A DNA stretch of 64,000 bases, taken from NCBI GenBank assembly GCA_951406725.2, contig OX597826.1, positions 43,648,001-43,712,000 of the forward strand. The letters are read 5' to 3'. Positions 28,899 to 43,189 of this stretch are shown here, piece after piece. Within the stretch, counting starts at the first letter, position 1; each line of letters starts with the position of its first letter. The position numbers and the translations under genes are program-made. The notes beneath the pieces are model-generated. The model made no database searches. It saw nothing but the letters and a program-made list of their open reading frames with translations, and was not told the origin of the DNA. This stretch comes from Octopus vulgaris (Eukaryota).

Positions 28899-29107
28899 TT
28901 GAGTGTCTGTGTTTGTCCCCCCAGCATCGCTTGACAAGACAACCGATGCTGGTGTGTTTACGACCCCGTAACTTAGCGGTTCGGCAAAAGAGACCGATAG
29001 AATAAATACTAGGCTTACAAAGAATAAGTCCAGGGGTCAATTTGCTCGACTAAAAGGCGGTGCTCCAGCATGGCCACAGTCATATTACAGAAACACGTAA
29101 AAGAGTA
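28667..29107 (+). mobile_element. Full-length family-A SINE
   Basis: Matches the 16048 copy. Confidence 0.9.
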
Positions 29108-29819
29108 TGTACATAAACACATGCAAATATGTATATGAATATGTATATGTATGTATGTATGTATGTATTTATGAAAAATGCATTAAATACTACAAAATGT
29201 TCAGGTAGGAGAGACATAGAAGGATACAAATTCTCAGAGTAAGCAAATAAATGCGAAACAAGGGGCAAAAGTTCTCAACCAAAACTGTCTGACGAACGGG
29301 AACGTGAAACTCTGGGTGACATCTTTTGTGATGTCTTTGTAGCTTGGCATTTGAATTCAAAACTTGATTGTGTAGATAGAGGTGAAAACCTTTCTATTGC
29401 CGGTTGGGATTCATGTTCGCCACAAGATAAAGTCTTGTTTTGATTTCTATCTATAGGAATATTTCCCCTCACGAGGTGAATGTGTCCCTTAAGTGGTTCA
29501 TATCGCCGAAATTGCAATAGTGAATTAGCCAATTATTTTCAAGCTGTAGATTCTATTTGCCATATCACCCGAAGACAGTTTTTATCGTGAGGAGAAATGA
29601 TATGAGTGATATAATGGCTTTATAGCGGTTTTGGCTGCTATTTTTAACATGTAAGGGTTTTTTTAACCCTCTTAGTTATTATTGTGACTTGTTCATAATT
29701 ATAAATGTTTTTATTCTTCATATCTTATGATAACATGTTTGGCCATTGATATAGTCATACATAATCTTAATAATTTATAATGTAACCTTCATAATGAATG
29801 CTTTCACATTACTCTCTAC

Positions 29820-29969
<150 letters not shown>

Positions 29970-30155
29970 TCGCAAAAACAGCAATAACTGCTGCTAACCG
30001 TAAGCTATAAAACATTTTTTTTCTGTTTATCGAACTTCGATATGGGAAAAGTTTACAACCTTCTACGTCTAGTTCCTGAAGTTTGTATTTTATACCTTCT
30101 CCGGACAGCATCATAATAATAATAATCATCATCATCATCATCATCGCTTATCATC

Positions 30156-30206
<51 letters not shown>

Positions 30207-30210
<4 letters not shown>

Positions 30211-30528
30211 TACATTTAAACACATAAGAGATGGCCATAACAGGACATCTGACTCGTTAGAAAAAGTAGTTAAACTACAAACCACTGATAGTTGTAATTC
30301 TGAAAACATTTATTTTCATTCCCTTTCAGAATTACAACTATTAGTGGTTTGTAGTTTAACTACTCTTTCTAGCGAGTCAGATGTCCTGTTATGGCCATCT
30401 CTTATGTGTTTAAATGTACACTGTATTTTTATATGAATATTATAGAGTCTATTGACTAATTTTTTCTTCACTCTAGACCACTGGTAGCAATGGATTTTTC
30501 TAAATTTTTTTTGCTACTCTAAGATTTA

Positions 30529-30532
<4 letters not shown>
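30207..30532 (+). mobile_element. Foldback element in (TA)n: 99-bp inverted arms plus a 110-bp extension (Penelope-like architecture)
   Basis: Arms 30207-30305 and 30324-30422 with 3 mismatches and an 18-nt spacer; (TA)n on both sides. Confidence 0.7.
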
Positions 30533-30614
<82 letters not shown>

Positions 30615-31509
30615 ATTTGATTTTCATTTTTCCAGTTTCAGCTTATGAGCTGTGGCCATGCTGGGGCACCATGTATGTATATTTGTATAAAACATTTTCA
30701 TATATGGATATATATTTATATAAGATTTATATAATATATTCATTTATATGTATATATATATATATATGTATGCATGTATATATACATATATATATATATA
30801 TATGTATATATGTTTATTGTATGTATGCATATCTGTCTACATATACGTCTTTCTACATATAGAGACATACATGCACATGCATATATGTATATTTATAGAT
30901 ATATGTATATACACGTATTATTCTTCAGGCGACGCAACCGAGAGACGTTTCACAATGGTTCGAGGAGTTGCTGATCCCGTTATCTCCGGAATGTCCTTAG
31001 TTACATGTTGTGTGCCTCTGCCAACGACATCAATATAACTGAGTTGTCATCGTCCTCTATTAGAGTGAGCAAATGCCCAAAATATAAAACCCGCTAAGGA
31101 TTGTTGTTCTGCCCGACAGAAATGGGCAGCATAGCTTGCTATGCGTTGAGCAATATTAACAGGGAGGAGTTTTAATGTGTCCATAAACCTCCTCTTTGGT
31201 CTTGTGCTCACGTCATGAACTCTTTTGAGCCCTCATGAAAAACATAGGGTTTGTATCATAAAAATGGTTATGAAGCTCCTTTCTCCATAGTTTGGCACCA
31301 TTGAGAAGAATTCCACGTTTTGTTAAAGTTTCATGACTGAAATGAAATCTTTATATAAACAGCTACAATCAAAACTTCATTTCTAAAATAGAAAGATATA
31401 AAGACAAAAACACGCTATAAAAATAATTTGTTAGACTTTTTTTCGGTATTACAGACATTAGTGATATATATATTGGGCTCAAGTATTTTCAATCAATCCT
31501 GGTATTATA

Positions 31510-31566
<57 letters not shown>

Positions 31567-33065
31567 TATAATATATATACGATCATTTGTATTTGTATAT
31601 TAGACTTATAACATGACTTTAAAATAATGAGGTGAGATTTAGACATTTTACTTCTTTTCAACAAATTCCATCATTGAGTATATCAGTCACGTTGCTGAAA
31701 TTATAAAAGAACAAAAATGACAAAAAGCAACAAAAAACGAAAATAAAATATAAAATCGAATATCATTTATTTATTTTGCGATACGAAAATGTAAATTGAT
31801 ATATTTAAATGGATGTTAAGAGGGATAATGCGTTGGTCACTCCGCTACTACTTTAAGGTTGTATAAATCAAAGTAATGATTCGTATCACTTAAATATTAT
31901 GACTAATGGAATTCAAATACACAACTTTTACTGGCAAGGATAAATTGTTTTGATTTTGTTCAATTAAGTCGAATTTTTATTCTGTTCATTGACTAGAAAA
32001 AGACATTGAAATGGCTAACAGAATGGTAATAAAATAACTCTGATGTAACAGGTGAAAACTTATTTAAGAGCATTAACAGTAAAACATATTGGTTGAAGAC
32101 TTATAAATTCAGTTTAAATAGAACCGTTGAAAAATATAGTAAGCAGTTCTACAGAATTATTGGTTTAAGTGTTTCTATTATAGGCAAAATTCTGGCAGGG
32201 AGGTGTAATTTAAATGAACAAATATTTTAAAATATAAATATTAAAATATGAAATATATGAATATGAAACGCAACACTTTCAACCGCGAATAATTTTTCAA
32301 ACCAGGTTAAAATATATAATTGAATAGAGAAAGAGTAATATTAAATTGTAAAAATATTTTCAAATGTATAGAAATATATTGGGAGAGCAAGTAAAACACA
32401 AAAACAAATAAAAAAAATGAAAAGAAAACCAAAAACGAATAGAAGTACTTCTATTGGTTAGACGCAGGTCTATGTTTTATGGATTCTATCCAATCTCCTC
32501 CGTTTTTCTTTTCAGTTATTGAACTTTGTTAAACAGGACTATGAATCTGAAAGAAATAAAGAAGACTCAAATCTAGATTTGATCTTCATTTACACGGTCA
32601 TTTTCATAAGAAAAAAAAACCCCAAAAAATAACGGTAGCCACCATTATTAAATAGAAATATTCAACACAGACAGGAAACTTTTGGAAAAAAATCTAAATG
32701 TGAATTGTAACAGTGGTTTGTAATCACTTAATTTATACATCATAGGTTGGTATATATAATTTTCTTTTAGCAATCTTGTTTTGGGAAAATATGTTTCCTG
32801 TATGAACCTGATTTCATGTAGGAATGATGAGGTCACGTTTCTGAATTTATATATACTTGAGGATTGCGTTTTTTTGTTGCCGACATGGTTCTGTGATAAT
32901 GATTGACTCTAAGTTTTTTTTTTGTCTCACCAGCAAAACATTTCATATCATCACTTGTTAAGGATATCGCTACAGATGCTCTACAGAACTGATTTTTGTT
33001 TATACGTTTTGTATCCGAGATGTCAGATGCAAACAAACAATGAGATGGATAAAAAGACGACAATG

Positions 33066-33115
33066 GACGTATATACCATATTTCGGGAGATTTTGCCCAT
33101 TCATCAGCACCCGTC
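33066..33115 (-). ncRNA. Degenerate minimal type-I hammerhead motif
   Basis: Minus strand: gacgggtg CTGATGA at GGG caaaatct CCC GAAA tatgg TA tatacgtc. Confidence 0.5.
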
Positions 33116-33285
33116 GAATCCCTTTATCATTCATGAATACATAGCTTAAATAGCCACTAAATACAAGAGTACAACTTTATTGGATATACCAATTTTACAT
33201 ATTAAACACATTCCTAGAAGCTGCTGCGTAAATATTAATGACTTGTAAGGATGCGGTATTTCGTTATGCAACCATAATATACTAT

Positions 33286-33630
33286 AAACAAGAGCACTCA
33301 GAGAGTGCAAACCTCCGCCAACGCAACACCAACGTCCTCTCAACGATTAGCCGGAGATGATTTTTAAAATGAGAATATCTGAAATAAACTCGTCTGCTCT
33401 CACAAGCGAGAATACTAAAAATGAACCCCACCACTCTCAAAAGTTAAGTTAAAAAAAAAACGGAGAAATAATCCAGAATTCTCAAATCTAATCAGTTCGT
33501 GCCAGTCACGAGGCCAAAGATCCCTGAAAGTTTCATCCGAATCCATCCAGCGGTTCTTGAGATATCTTGCCCAAGGAGAAAGAAACACGACTGCAAACAT
33601 TAGCTCCGCCTTCGCTAAGGCAGAGGTAAA
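33286..33630 (+). mobile_element. Non-autonomous Helentron/HINE (DINE-1-like) element
   Basis: 5' aaacaagag with subterminal cctccgcc; core aagtttcat...atcc...cggttcttgagata; 3' stem-loop ctccgccttcgctaaggcagagg; A/T-rich flanks. Confidence 0.6.
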
Positions 33631-33948
33631 CATATTAAACGTCTTTATGAGTCAATAATGTGTCCTTTGCTCGCAGTGGGCTTTACGTCACTTGTTAAGG
33701 TTATCTCTACAGATATTCTTCAGACATTATAGCCAGGAATGTATTTCATATGTAAAATTGTACATCCAATAACGTTACATCACTATATGCAGTGGCTATT
33801 TAAGCAATGTGGTCAGGGATGATTTAGGGGTTAGATGGGTGCTGATGAAGTGATAAAAACTCTCAAAATATGACATATACACCCGTTTATATTGATAGCT
33901 CAACCCAACAGACAGTTATTGGCTCAAGCCTGAATGTGAATACTTTAA

Positions 33949-34198
33949 CACGTTAACAGCCACATGTAATACTAAGTTCAATGCAAACTTCACACATCCG
34001 CCAGTGGTACATTTTTATAATTTGACATATTCAAATAACATGGGTGCTAAATATTAAAGTCTAATTACAAAATATAGCAAATATGCAAAAAAAAACCCCA
34101 GAAAACTTGATTTTCCTTGTAATCAAACAGTAAGCATTGTCCGCGAAATATGTGCCGTCACTGGTAAATTCCGATAACAGGCTGTGGCGACTAACGTG
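33949..34198. mobile_element. piggyBac-like MITE
   Basis: TTAA at 33945-33948 and 34199-34202 flank imperfect TIRs cacgttaacagccaca / tgtggcgactaacgtg. Confidence 0.7.
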
Positions 34199-35941
34199 TT
34201 AAAACCTTGCTTTGGTATCGCGTGTACAAATTGAAGTATTAAATAAAAAGAACATTATAACAAAAATCAGTGTTTTCTAAGATTTTGACCAGATAAAAAT
34301 ATAACAACAAAAAACCTTGGCACGTAACAAAGATTTGAAATTTAAAATTTGATCAACGAAACAAATGAAGCAGTTTTAATCGAGACTTGAAACTGCATTG
34401 TAGTATTCAGTTTATTTCTGTCTCTAAAGTTAAAGTGCTCGATACGGTATTAATACACATCATTATATAAGATAATTTTTCAAGGAGTAAAAGGTTTGTC
34501 CACTATAATGACTAGAATTCATTAGAAATATTGTCTGCTATAAATGAGAAATCGATTTAAAAAGAGATGGCGAGAGCTGGTAAATTATAACACTTGGAGA
34601 AATGTTTGAAAAAAGAATAATACATTCTAAGTGGCTAAATAAAGGGTTATTGGCTTTAATTGGTAATAATCTTGGCAGAAAAGAGGATTGGTCGAAAATA
34701 TAGCTTGCAGTATTGTTATCTTTATCTTATTTGTATTCACACCATCATCCAGTGAACTATTTTCAGCAACATACATAAATTATATATTGAAAAGAAAAAA
34801 ATAAAATGTAGGCTACTAAAAGTGAAAAAAAAAATGATGAAATGAAATAAAAAATAAAAAAGGAAGTGAAAATGGCTTGATTTTTCTCTATGGTAGTTTT
34901 GAATATTTTTATAGCGTGTATTTTGTGTCTTTATATAACTCAGAAAAGAGAGTCGTTGTCTTTAATGTATTTCTTCAAGATTATATTATTCCAAACAACA
35001 TTAAGTAAACGACGTTAATATAGCATTTTTATCTGCCATTTTGATTTGATATACAACAACGAATGTGTGACATTAGGCAAGAGATAGCACTTAACTCTTG
35101 GTACACCAGACAAAGAAAGAGAAGAAGGCGTTAATTTTTAAAACGAAATTCTTCCAAAGTAGGAAGCCTAATCGTAGTCGTAGCCTTCATCTAAAAGTTT
35201 TGAGCCTGAAGAGTTTAGATAATTTTTCACGATAATGATTATGTAATATTGATCGCTGCAATCTATATAGTGATTATACTTATGTCAAATGTCATAGTTC
35301 TATATGAAATAACAATTTCTTTCCATTTGTTTTAGTAACTGAACTTCGGCCATGCTGGAGCATCGTCTTGAAGAGTGTAGTTAAACAAATCGACATCAGT
35401 ACTTAGTATTTTTTTTTTTTTTAAATGTGGTACACTTTCTGTTGGGTTCTTTGGGAGAGTAAACAATCCAACATCAGTTGCCAAGCGACGTGGGGATAAA
35501 CACATTGACATACATACAGACATACGCACATATGGTTTCTATACGTTTGTTCTTGTTTAGCTTCTCAGTTCGCATCGAGCAAAAACCTTTTGATTAAATC
35601 CATCCTAGTCTCCTTTTTTAAAAATTTATTTCAGATACATTGTATCTTCGACTACATTACCCAGTCTATATTTCTAGGTTTGAAACGGTAGAGTGCTATT
35701 CGTCTTCCAAATACACTTACAAGGTATTTCGAGCTACAGTGGCTCAAAATGCTTCGTGAGTTAATTTGGTAGAAGGGATTCGAGGTGCCAAGCAATGAGA
35801 TGGGGCTTGAAATTGCGTGTTTGCGACGCGATCTTCTTAACGACTGGGTCAAACCTGCGCCGATATATGTATTTATCTATTTTCAAATACTACAGAATAT
35901 CTGAAATATTAGTATTACAGTAGACTATTTATAGAATAAGA

Positions 35942-36230
35942 GTAAAGTAAAGATCCCCTTTGGTCATGAATGACCATGGAGTTGCAACTAGAAAATTCCC
36001 CTCCGAGGCACAAGTCCGGGCAAGGTTGTTTATGTAAGATCAGCAGTTGACCATGTATACCAGCCTCCCCTCTCCACGTCACTGACGTCGCAACTTATTT
36101 CTAAAGCTGAGTGAACTGGAGCAACGCGAAATGAAGTGTCTTGCTTAAGAACACAACACAGAGCCCGGTCGGGAAATTGAACTCACTACCTTATGACTGT
36201 GAGCCGGACGTTATAACCACTGAGTCATGT
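35942..36230 (-). mobile_element. Family-C-related SINE with a different 3' tail
   Basis: gctgagtgaactggagcaacg...aagtgtcttgcttaagaacacaac...taaccactgag is shared with family C; the tail region differs. Confidence 0.7.
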
Positions 36231-36493
36231 AGAGAATATCATATCAAAGGAAGCGTACCTGGGAGAAGGCAGCAGGAGACCATCCAGTTTCAAGGAGTAG
36301 AGGCTATTGTAATAGCAATAGAAAAAGTGAAGGGGGGAAACAACTTGGAGCAAAGGTTGGTGCGTGGGCTGGCTAGCGAATTCATATCAATCAGTTTGCT
36401 GGGCACGTTTGTTTCGATGTATTCTATAGTATCTGATGTAAAATAGTGCACACACACACACATACACACACACATACACACACACACATACAC

Positions 36494-36529
<36 letters not shown>

Positions 36530-36731
36530 GTGCGTGCGTGTGTATGTGTGTGTGTGTTCTGATATGAGTTTTCAGCCCTGCACATATGTGACAATGGTTG
36601 GTGCCTCATGTAGCAGTTTAGAGTGTTACCAGCCACTCTAATACATGCATTCATTTCCCCCTACGGCCAGGCACAATGTGCAACGCATAAAATATAATAT
36701 AACACATACACACACACGCACACATATACGT

Positions 36732-37390
36732 ACAGGGCGCGGTGGGTAAATTGTCACCATTTTATATTTTAAATTTCGTGCATACATATTGTTTGTTTTT
36801 GATTATCTTACTACACAGTATAGTAGGGCAGGCGGGCACCGTCTGTGAGAAAAACAGCACCATGACACAATTCATACTGCCGGAAATTTGGAAACAGCAT
36901 GCTATGCTGCTTGGCATTCGTACCGCAAGCTCCAATACAAACATTTCAGAGTGCTTGGGTGTCTATCCGAGTACAGTGCAGTGGATCCGGAAAGAATTGA
37001 TGGCTCTAATGGTGATTAGAAAGACATGGTAGCTCGGAAAACTCACTATGATCGCTCTGGTAAGAAAAGAACTCCTGAATTCATTGATGAGATCCAGGTC
37101 ATGATTGACAACGATCCCGTCTAGTCAATTAGGACCATCGTCAGGGACATGGGGCTGTTTGAGGCTCTTATCAGGCAGGTAGTGCATGAAGACATTCAGT
37201 ATTCCTCATACAAGATGATAAAGGGACAATTTGTATTCCAAACTATCAAGGACAAGGGCAAAGACCGCACTACAAAGCTTTTGAACAAACTTAAACTTCC
37301 CATCCAACTGAACATGCTATGGTTTATCTTAGATGAGAAAACTTTCTGCCAGGATCAGATGGTGAACACACAAAACAACCGTTGGCTCGT
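36732..37390 (+). pseudogene. 5' half of a maT/DD37D-type Tc1-mariner element with transposase remnant
   Basis: TA plus TIR cagggcgcggtgggtaaattgtc; translation WFILDEKTFCQDQMVNTQNNRWL includes the first catalytic D motif. Confidence 0.8.
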
Positions 37391-39396
37391 GACAGACCTG
37401 TAAGTTCATATATACTGGAAGAGATAAGACGACCAGCCTACAAAACTGGTCTTGTGTTTAAGGAAGGAATTCTATTATGTAATGTAAGCTGCTAGATATA
37501 AAACTTGTGTATATCTGTGAAAAAAGAAAAAAGACGAAAGTTTCCTTTTTGAGGTTATTAGAATATTTTGCTGGCATCAAAATAATATCTTTCACAGATA
37601 TATGATATTGTATAACAGGAACCGCAACTGGAGTGGCAAAACTAACAATAACAAACTTAACGCTTCAGAATAATTTCATATTTCGTAATGTTTGGGAGCA
37701 GGATACATATAACAGAAAATATCTAGAAAGTTCTTTAAATGGTTTTCTTAAGTTTGAATGTTGCTCCTATAATGGATTCTCCATGAAGGCCTTATTCTTT
37801 GAAAGCTGTCGAGCAAAAAAGCAAGATAGAATTAAGAAAACTCTTCACTGATCCCAAACTGTAATCGTGTATTTACTCAGCATGACGTCATCGCTATGGC
37901 GGTTGAGTGATATTTAATGACAGAACCGGCTGATTACAAGATCAACCTGAATATTCCCGACTCCCATGTATTCTAATGCTGACTGTTTATCAGTTACATG
38001 TACTAAACAGTGGCCTTCGAAATTACCTCCTGGAAAGAAGAAAAATAAACAGCGAAAGAGAATTTTCTGCCTTTTCATTTCACAGCAAGTAGAATGTAAT
38101 AGGTTAGTGAAAGAAGCCAAACATTAAGAGCGGCTTTCTAGCCGTTACGAGACTGGAATAACGCATAAAGAATTCTACTTGTAAGTAAGCGTTGCAGGAT
38201 TCTAAACTGTAGGGCGCCAAAGTGACTTTTATTCAATTGAAAGATACATTTAGGTAAGGCAGTTTGGCTAATGCATAGATGTATAATGACTTCGTAATGG
38301 GAAGAAATTTAATGAAATTGCTAAAAGAACACGGAACAGTAATGAGAACTCACGTATTAAATAAAAGTAAAATAGAATAAAATAAAATATACTGCATAAG
38401 AAAAGCATGTCTTTCTTTTAAATACGTGTTGATATGTCTGTTTCTTCCGTAATAGAAAATGGCTGCTCTGAATCTTTTGTGCGAATATGATGTAAATGTA
38501 ATATATTTGTCCGTTCTATCGTTGAAACCAGTGTTTTAGCTACATTGAAAAAGCAATATAGCTTGCAGACACTATGCAAATTGCTGTTCATTTATATCTT
38601 AAGCATAGGATCAGAAAATTAAGCTAGGACGAATAAAAGTATTTTGACGTCAATACTTTACTCCAAGACATTAGCGGTGTAAAAGAAATAAAACGGTTTC
38701 AAGCTAGAATTGAGCCCAGCAATAAATTGTCCATGATATTGTAAACATAACAGCAATGATATATTTATATATTTTTTTTTACTAGATATACTGGGAAGCG
38801 TATGCGTATGGCATACAGGTTGACGTGAAGGCACGTTGCTTAGTGGTTAAAGTCGTGGTTTCAGTTTCTGGATTGACTTATCCTGATATGTTCTTAAGCA
38901 AGTTACTTCATCTTAATTTGCCCCAGTTCAGATGGTTGAAATTGAGTTCCAGCGGGTGAATTCTATAACAGACTGGCGTTTTATTCTGTAAGGAGTCTTG
39001 AACCTTCACTCTCAAACTTGAGTAAGCCCCGGTTTAATGGGTGTGTAGCCTCGAAACAGACTTTAGCTTTAGGTAAAAATATCCTCTTTTTGTAGAGGAG
39101 ACAATCTAGCTCTAGAATTTATTACAATAGTGATATTTAAAAAAAATTTTAATAATATTGATTTTTGGTGACCTGTTATGGTACTCTTATACAGAACTGA
39201 ATTTCGTTAAGCGATGAATTAACATTTATGTTAGGCAACAGAACTTTGATTTCGCTTTGTAGATATAAGAATAGGACATTGGAACAATCATGACCTCCTA
39301 AAAAGTATTACAAATACAAGTCAAATCCGCTACATCATCATCATCATCATCGTCGTCGTCGTCGTCGTTGTCGTCGTCATCATCATCATCATCGTT

Positions 39397-39429
<33 letters not shown>

Positions 39430-39479
39430 GCCATCATTATCATCGTCATCAACATCACCTCCACCAGCACCATCATTCT

Positions 39480-40110
39480 AGGTAAAAAGTGTACTTGTGC
39501 CCGACATGATGATGGTTGTGTTAGTTATTCCATCCCATCACTAGTGTCCTAAATTCATCAGCTGTCGTGGCACCACTGTCTTTTGACTCTTGTCGAAGAT
39601 TTTGAAAGGAAACTCATTGTTCTTGACTCTGGCAGTCGTAGAAAGTAACTGACTAGTTATGGCTGTCTTCCTGATATGTTGTTGGTCAACAAAAAAAGAC
39701 ACCGTCAAAGAGTTGTTCATATGTCACTCATTGTTGGTCAGCTGGGAGAACTCAGTCACAGATTTACTAAGGGATCACTTTTTTGCATTTTAGTGGACAA
39801 GTCGTCCAGAGTACCAACCTTACGTACATCAACACGACGCCACAAAATATTTGAGCTGCAGACTACTGTTTTACAAAATGGCATTTTTGTCCATTTCATC
39901 ATTGTTATGGTTCTGGACGATGCTAACCTGCAAGAAGTATGGAATCACAAACAGCTGGGGTTGATCATTACACCATGGAAATTCAACAGGGTCGGTTCGA
40001 TGACAACGGATCTGGAAATTAACCTTAATATCGCTCTGCCATCGGGGCGGTCATCTACAATAATCAGGACCTACCAAGAGTAGATACTGGGTTGAAAATA
40101 CCGGGCAGAT
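39480..40110 (-). pseudogene. Highly decayed RTE-like LINE 3' portion next to a (CAT)n tract
   Basis: Minus-strand remnants LQLKYF..RR and RCHR...FPW. The adjacent (CAT)n at 39333-39475 would be the tail. Confidence 0.35.
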
Positions 40111-40352
40111 AGAAAGGAAATTACTTTCACTTAACTTACACAAATATAGGTCTTGGGAAAACCAGGACTTTCCACTTCCTGTTGTTTTAATTCTTTACTC
40201 TGATTTTCGAAGTATACGTTTGGAAAATAAGAAATTAGAAAACAAAACTGTGGGGAAAAGAAGCGACACCAATAATTATTTTAATGAATATTTTTATAGA
40301 ATTACCAAATTTTGCCTGGTAGTTTACAGCTGTCATGTTTCCATTACACACG

Positions 40353-40427
<75 letters not shown>

Positions 40428-42009
40428 ACTCACACACAAACACATATGGCTAAGCAGAGTCATCATCGTTGTCATATATATGTATGTGTATGTGTGTGTG
40501 TATAATTCTAGTTCACTGTTTTTCCTAATCAATTTTTTTTATAACGTTGAAAGAATCCAGAATATGTCACTGCGAACATAACACACAACATATTGCTAAG
40601 TGCTCTGAAAAGAGTGTAAAACATGATTAGAAAGAATAAAATATTTTGCAAAGAGTAGCTAACATATTATTTATTGGATCATTACGTTCCTGTTCCAGAA
40701 TACTATATCAATGTAACGTGTGCTTTTAGCTTATTAACTCCAAAAGAAGTCGCTTCATCCTCGCAAATAAAGGCTTATTTTATAGCCGTTTTCTTTTTTA
40801 CTGTTTTCTGATGTTGTCAAATCAAATGTAAAATCCTTTTCTATTTGACTAAATTACACACCATTTATATACTTTGCACACGCATTATAATTTTTTTTGT
40901 GTTCACAAATGAGTTATTGATGCTCAAAAGACAGATATGTTTTATGTCAGCCATTTTAGTATTTTTCAAGCAGCTACCGGGCATTTGTATTTTATTTCTC
41001 TCCTCACTCATAAATTCTCCACACATCGTTTACCTATCGTTGAAAGTAATAATCAGCTTCAGTGAGACACACGACACATCGTTCCAATTTACGTCATTCA
41101 AAATTTCTCTGAATCTTTTTTTTTAACGTTTTATTTTGAAGAAAAATGCATCTTCTAAAACATCCTATACAATTATTTAGTCTTTCAATTTAAGAACAAA
41201 AAAAGCAGTCTATGAATTATTTCAAATAATGTTCAGGTTTTCAAGTGTTTTTCATGCCTACATATTTTGATTAATAAATAATTCACTTGGAATATGAAAG
41301 AAACGAAGCTAAATTTCGCTAAAACAGCACGTCTTTGTTAACGTAAAAATAAATAAATATAAAACATTCTGTTTGGATTAAGTTTAGAAACCTTCAGTTT
41401 CATAGCATCTGAGAAACAAATAAATTATCACAGTTATTTTATTGTTTAGCTCATCGATTTGTAGTTTTTATTTGATCAAATATTTTTCCTGCATTGCCTC
41501 TGGCTGTAACGTAGATCCTCCCTCTACAGCGTTACATCTGCTTCATATCAAGTGAAGATAACCCTACAAAACTGTCATAGATTTGTTCACAAAACCCTAA
41601 TATAAATTGTTCTGCACAAAAGAAATACTTTCATTATAAAATGCGCAGCATCTCTTCCTGCAATCACTATGGCGGTTCTTCGTTCTGAGTTTAAAGATCT
41701 TGCCATGGTCTGTTTAGGTAACAGAGTTAATGGGTTTTATCACCATTTAACATCACGAATTCGTTCTATAGAGTTTTTAACGGAGTCAGGTCATTTGCAA
41801 TTATTCAAGTCCGGTCTCATGTTTGAAGTTACTTCCTTCTCCGACTTTCACCAGTCTCGTCTTCCCTGTTAAAGGATCATGGACATTGCTCTCTTTCGAT
41901 AAAAAAATAATTGGGAGTACCGTATCAGTTACACCTAAGATCCCCTTCGACCTGTGTAACTTTCCAGTTATTTCGGATGTTATTCATGTGTCAGTGTTCA
42001 GTAAACGCA

Positions 42010-42500
42010 TTGGTGGGAAATAAACGAGTAAAACACCAAAAATATAAACTTAAGAAAGGAGTCAGGCAAGGCTGTGTTTTAGCTTTCAGTTAATTTAATC
42101 TACCCACTGAGAAAACTTTCTGGGAAATAGAAGATATATCAAAAGCTTCAATAGGATGTATGTATATCAACAACTTTAGGTATACCGGCGATTTTGCCTC
42201 ATTAGATTTCCACCGAGCTGACTTAGGGAATTGTGTAACTGCAGCAAATGACGAATGAATATTCTGTAGAATAGAAGTGAATGTAAAGAATACAAAATCA
42301 ATGGTAATTAGTAAGAAACAGAAGTTACCAAAAATAAATCTTACATTTGAAGAGAAACCAATTCGACAGACACCAAACATAATATATACGGGATATATGT
42401 AATTAGAAAACGGAAAATGGTCAGAATTAAAATACAATGAATGTATAAGGCCAGTGCAAGAAAGACTGGAGCAAGAATAGCGATCTTTGCTAATAGACCT
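42010..42500 (+). pseudogene. RTE-like reverse transcriptase remnant
   Basis: KKGVRQGCVL...FNL and INNFRYTGD (decayed RYADD), VNVKNTKSMVIS. Confidence 0.7.
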
Positions 42501-43150
42501 GTTTAAAAGGGACGGTGCCAATGAAGATGAATAGTGTTAAGAAATCGATTGATAAATGATCTTCTTTGATCAAAAGTCATTAGTAAGTAGTTTGGAATAT
42601 AAAAACCTTTCGATTTCAGATTTTACAAAAACCGACATTACACTATGAAATTTTAAAATAATAATCTTTTAATCTTTCTTTATAGATCAGGCAACCAACA
42701 GATGAGAACAATGCTCTTTCTCCTCGACCAAAAATTAAATATAAAATAAAATGCACCAAAATAAAATAAAGCCAAATCATTTTCTACAAATACTTCAATA
42801 TCATTTGATATTATTTAAAGACTATCTTTCATGTGGTTGTGTTTTATTTTTGTCATTCTTTTCTCTGCTGTTACTATAAACCAATTCAAAACAGTCTACC
42901 ACGGAATTCTTCTATAAACAAAGATGAAAAGTGAGCTCAACGGAGAGCAGGCGAAAGTTACACAACTATTTTGTCTGTAAGTTTCGACAAGATATATATC
43001 TTTCAGTGGTAAAAGTACAAGTAAAAGCAATTATCGTTGAATTGTCACATATGTACAGGCACACGTACACATGCATAAACACACACATCCAGACATACAC
43101 ACATACACACTGACATACTCAAACCTCCTCTCTCTCTATCTCTCTCCCTA

Positions 43151-43189
<39 letters not shown>

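Noticed and set aside
39676-40083. 135-aa plus-strand ORF
   Set aside because: No domain signal; it is antisense to a probable decayed RTE remnant.
42090-42521. 143-aa minus-strand ORF
   Set aside because: Antisense shadow of the plus-strand RT remnant.
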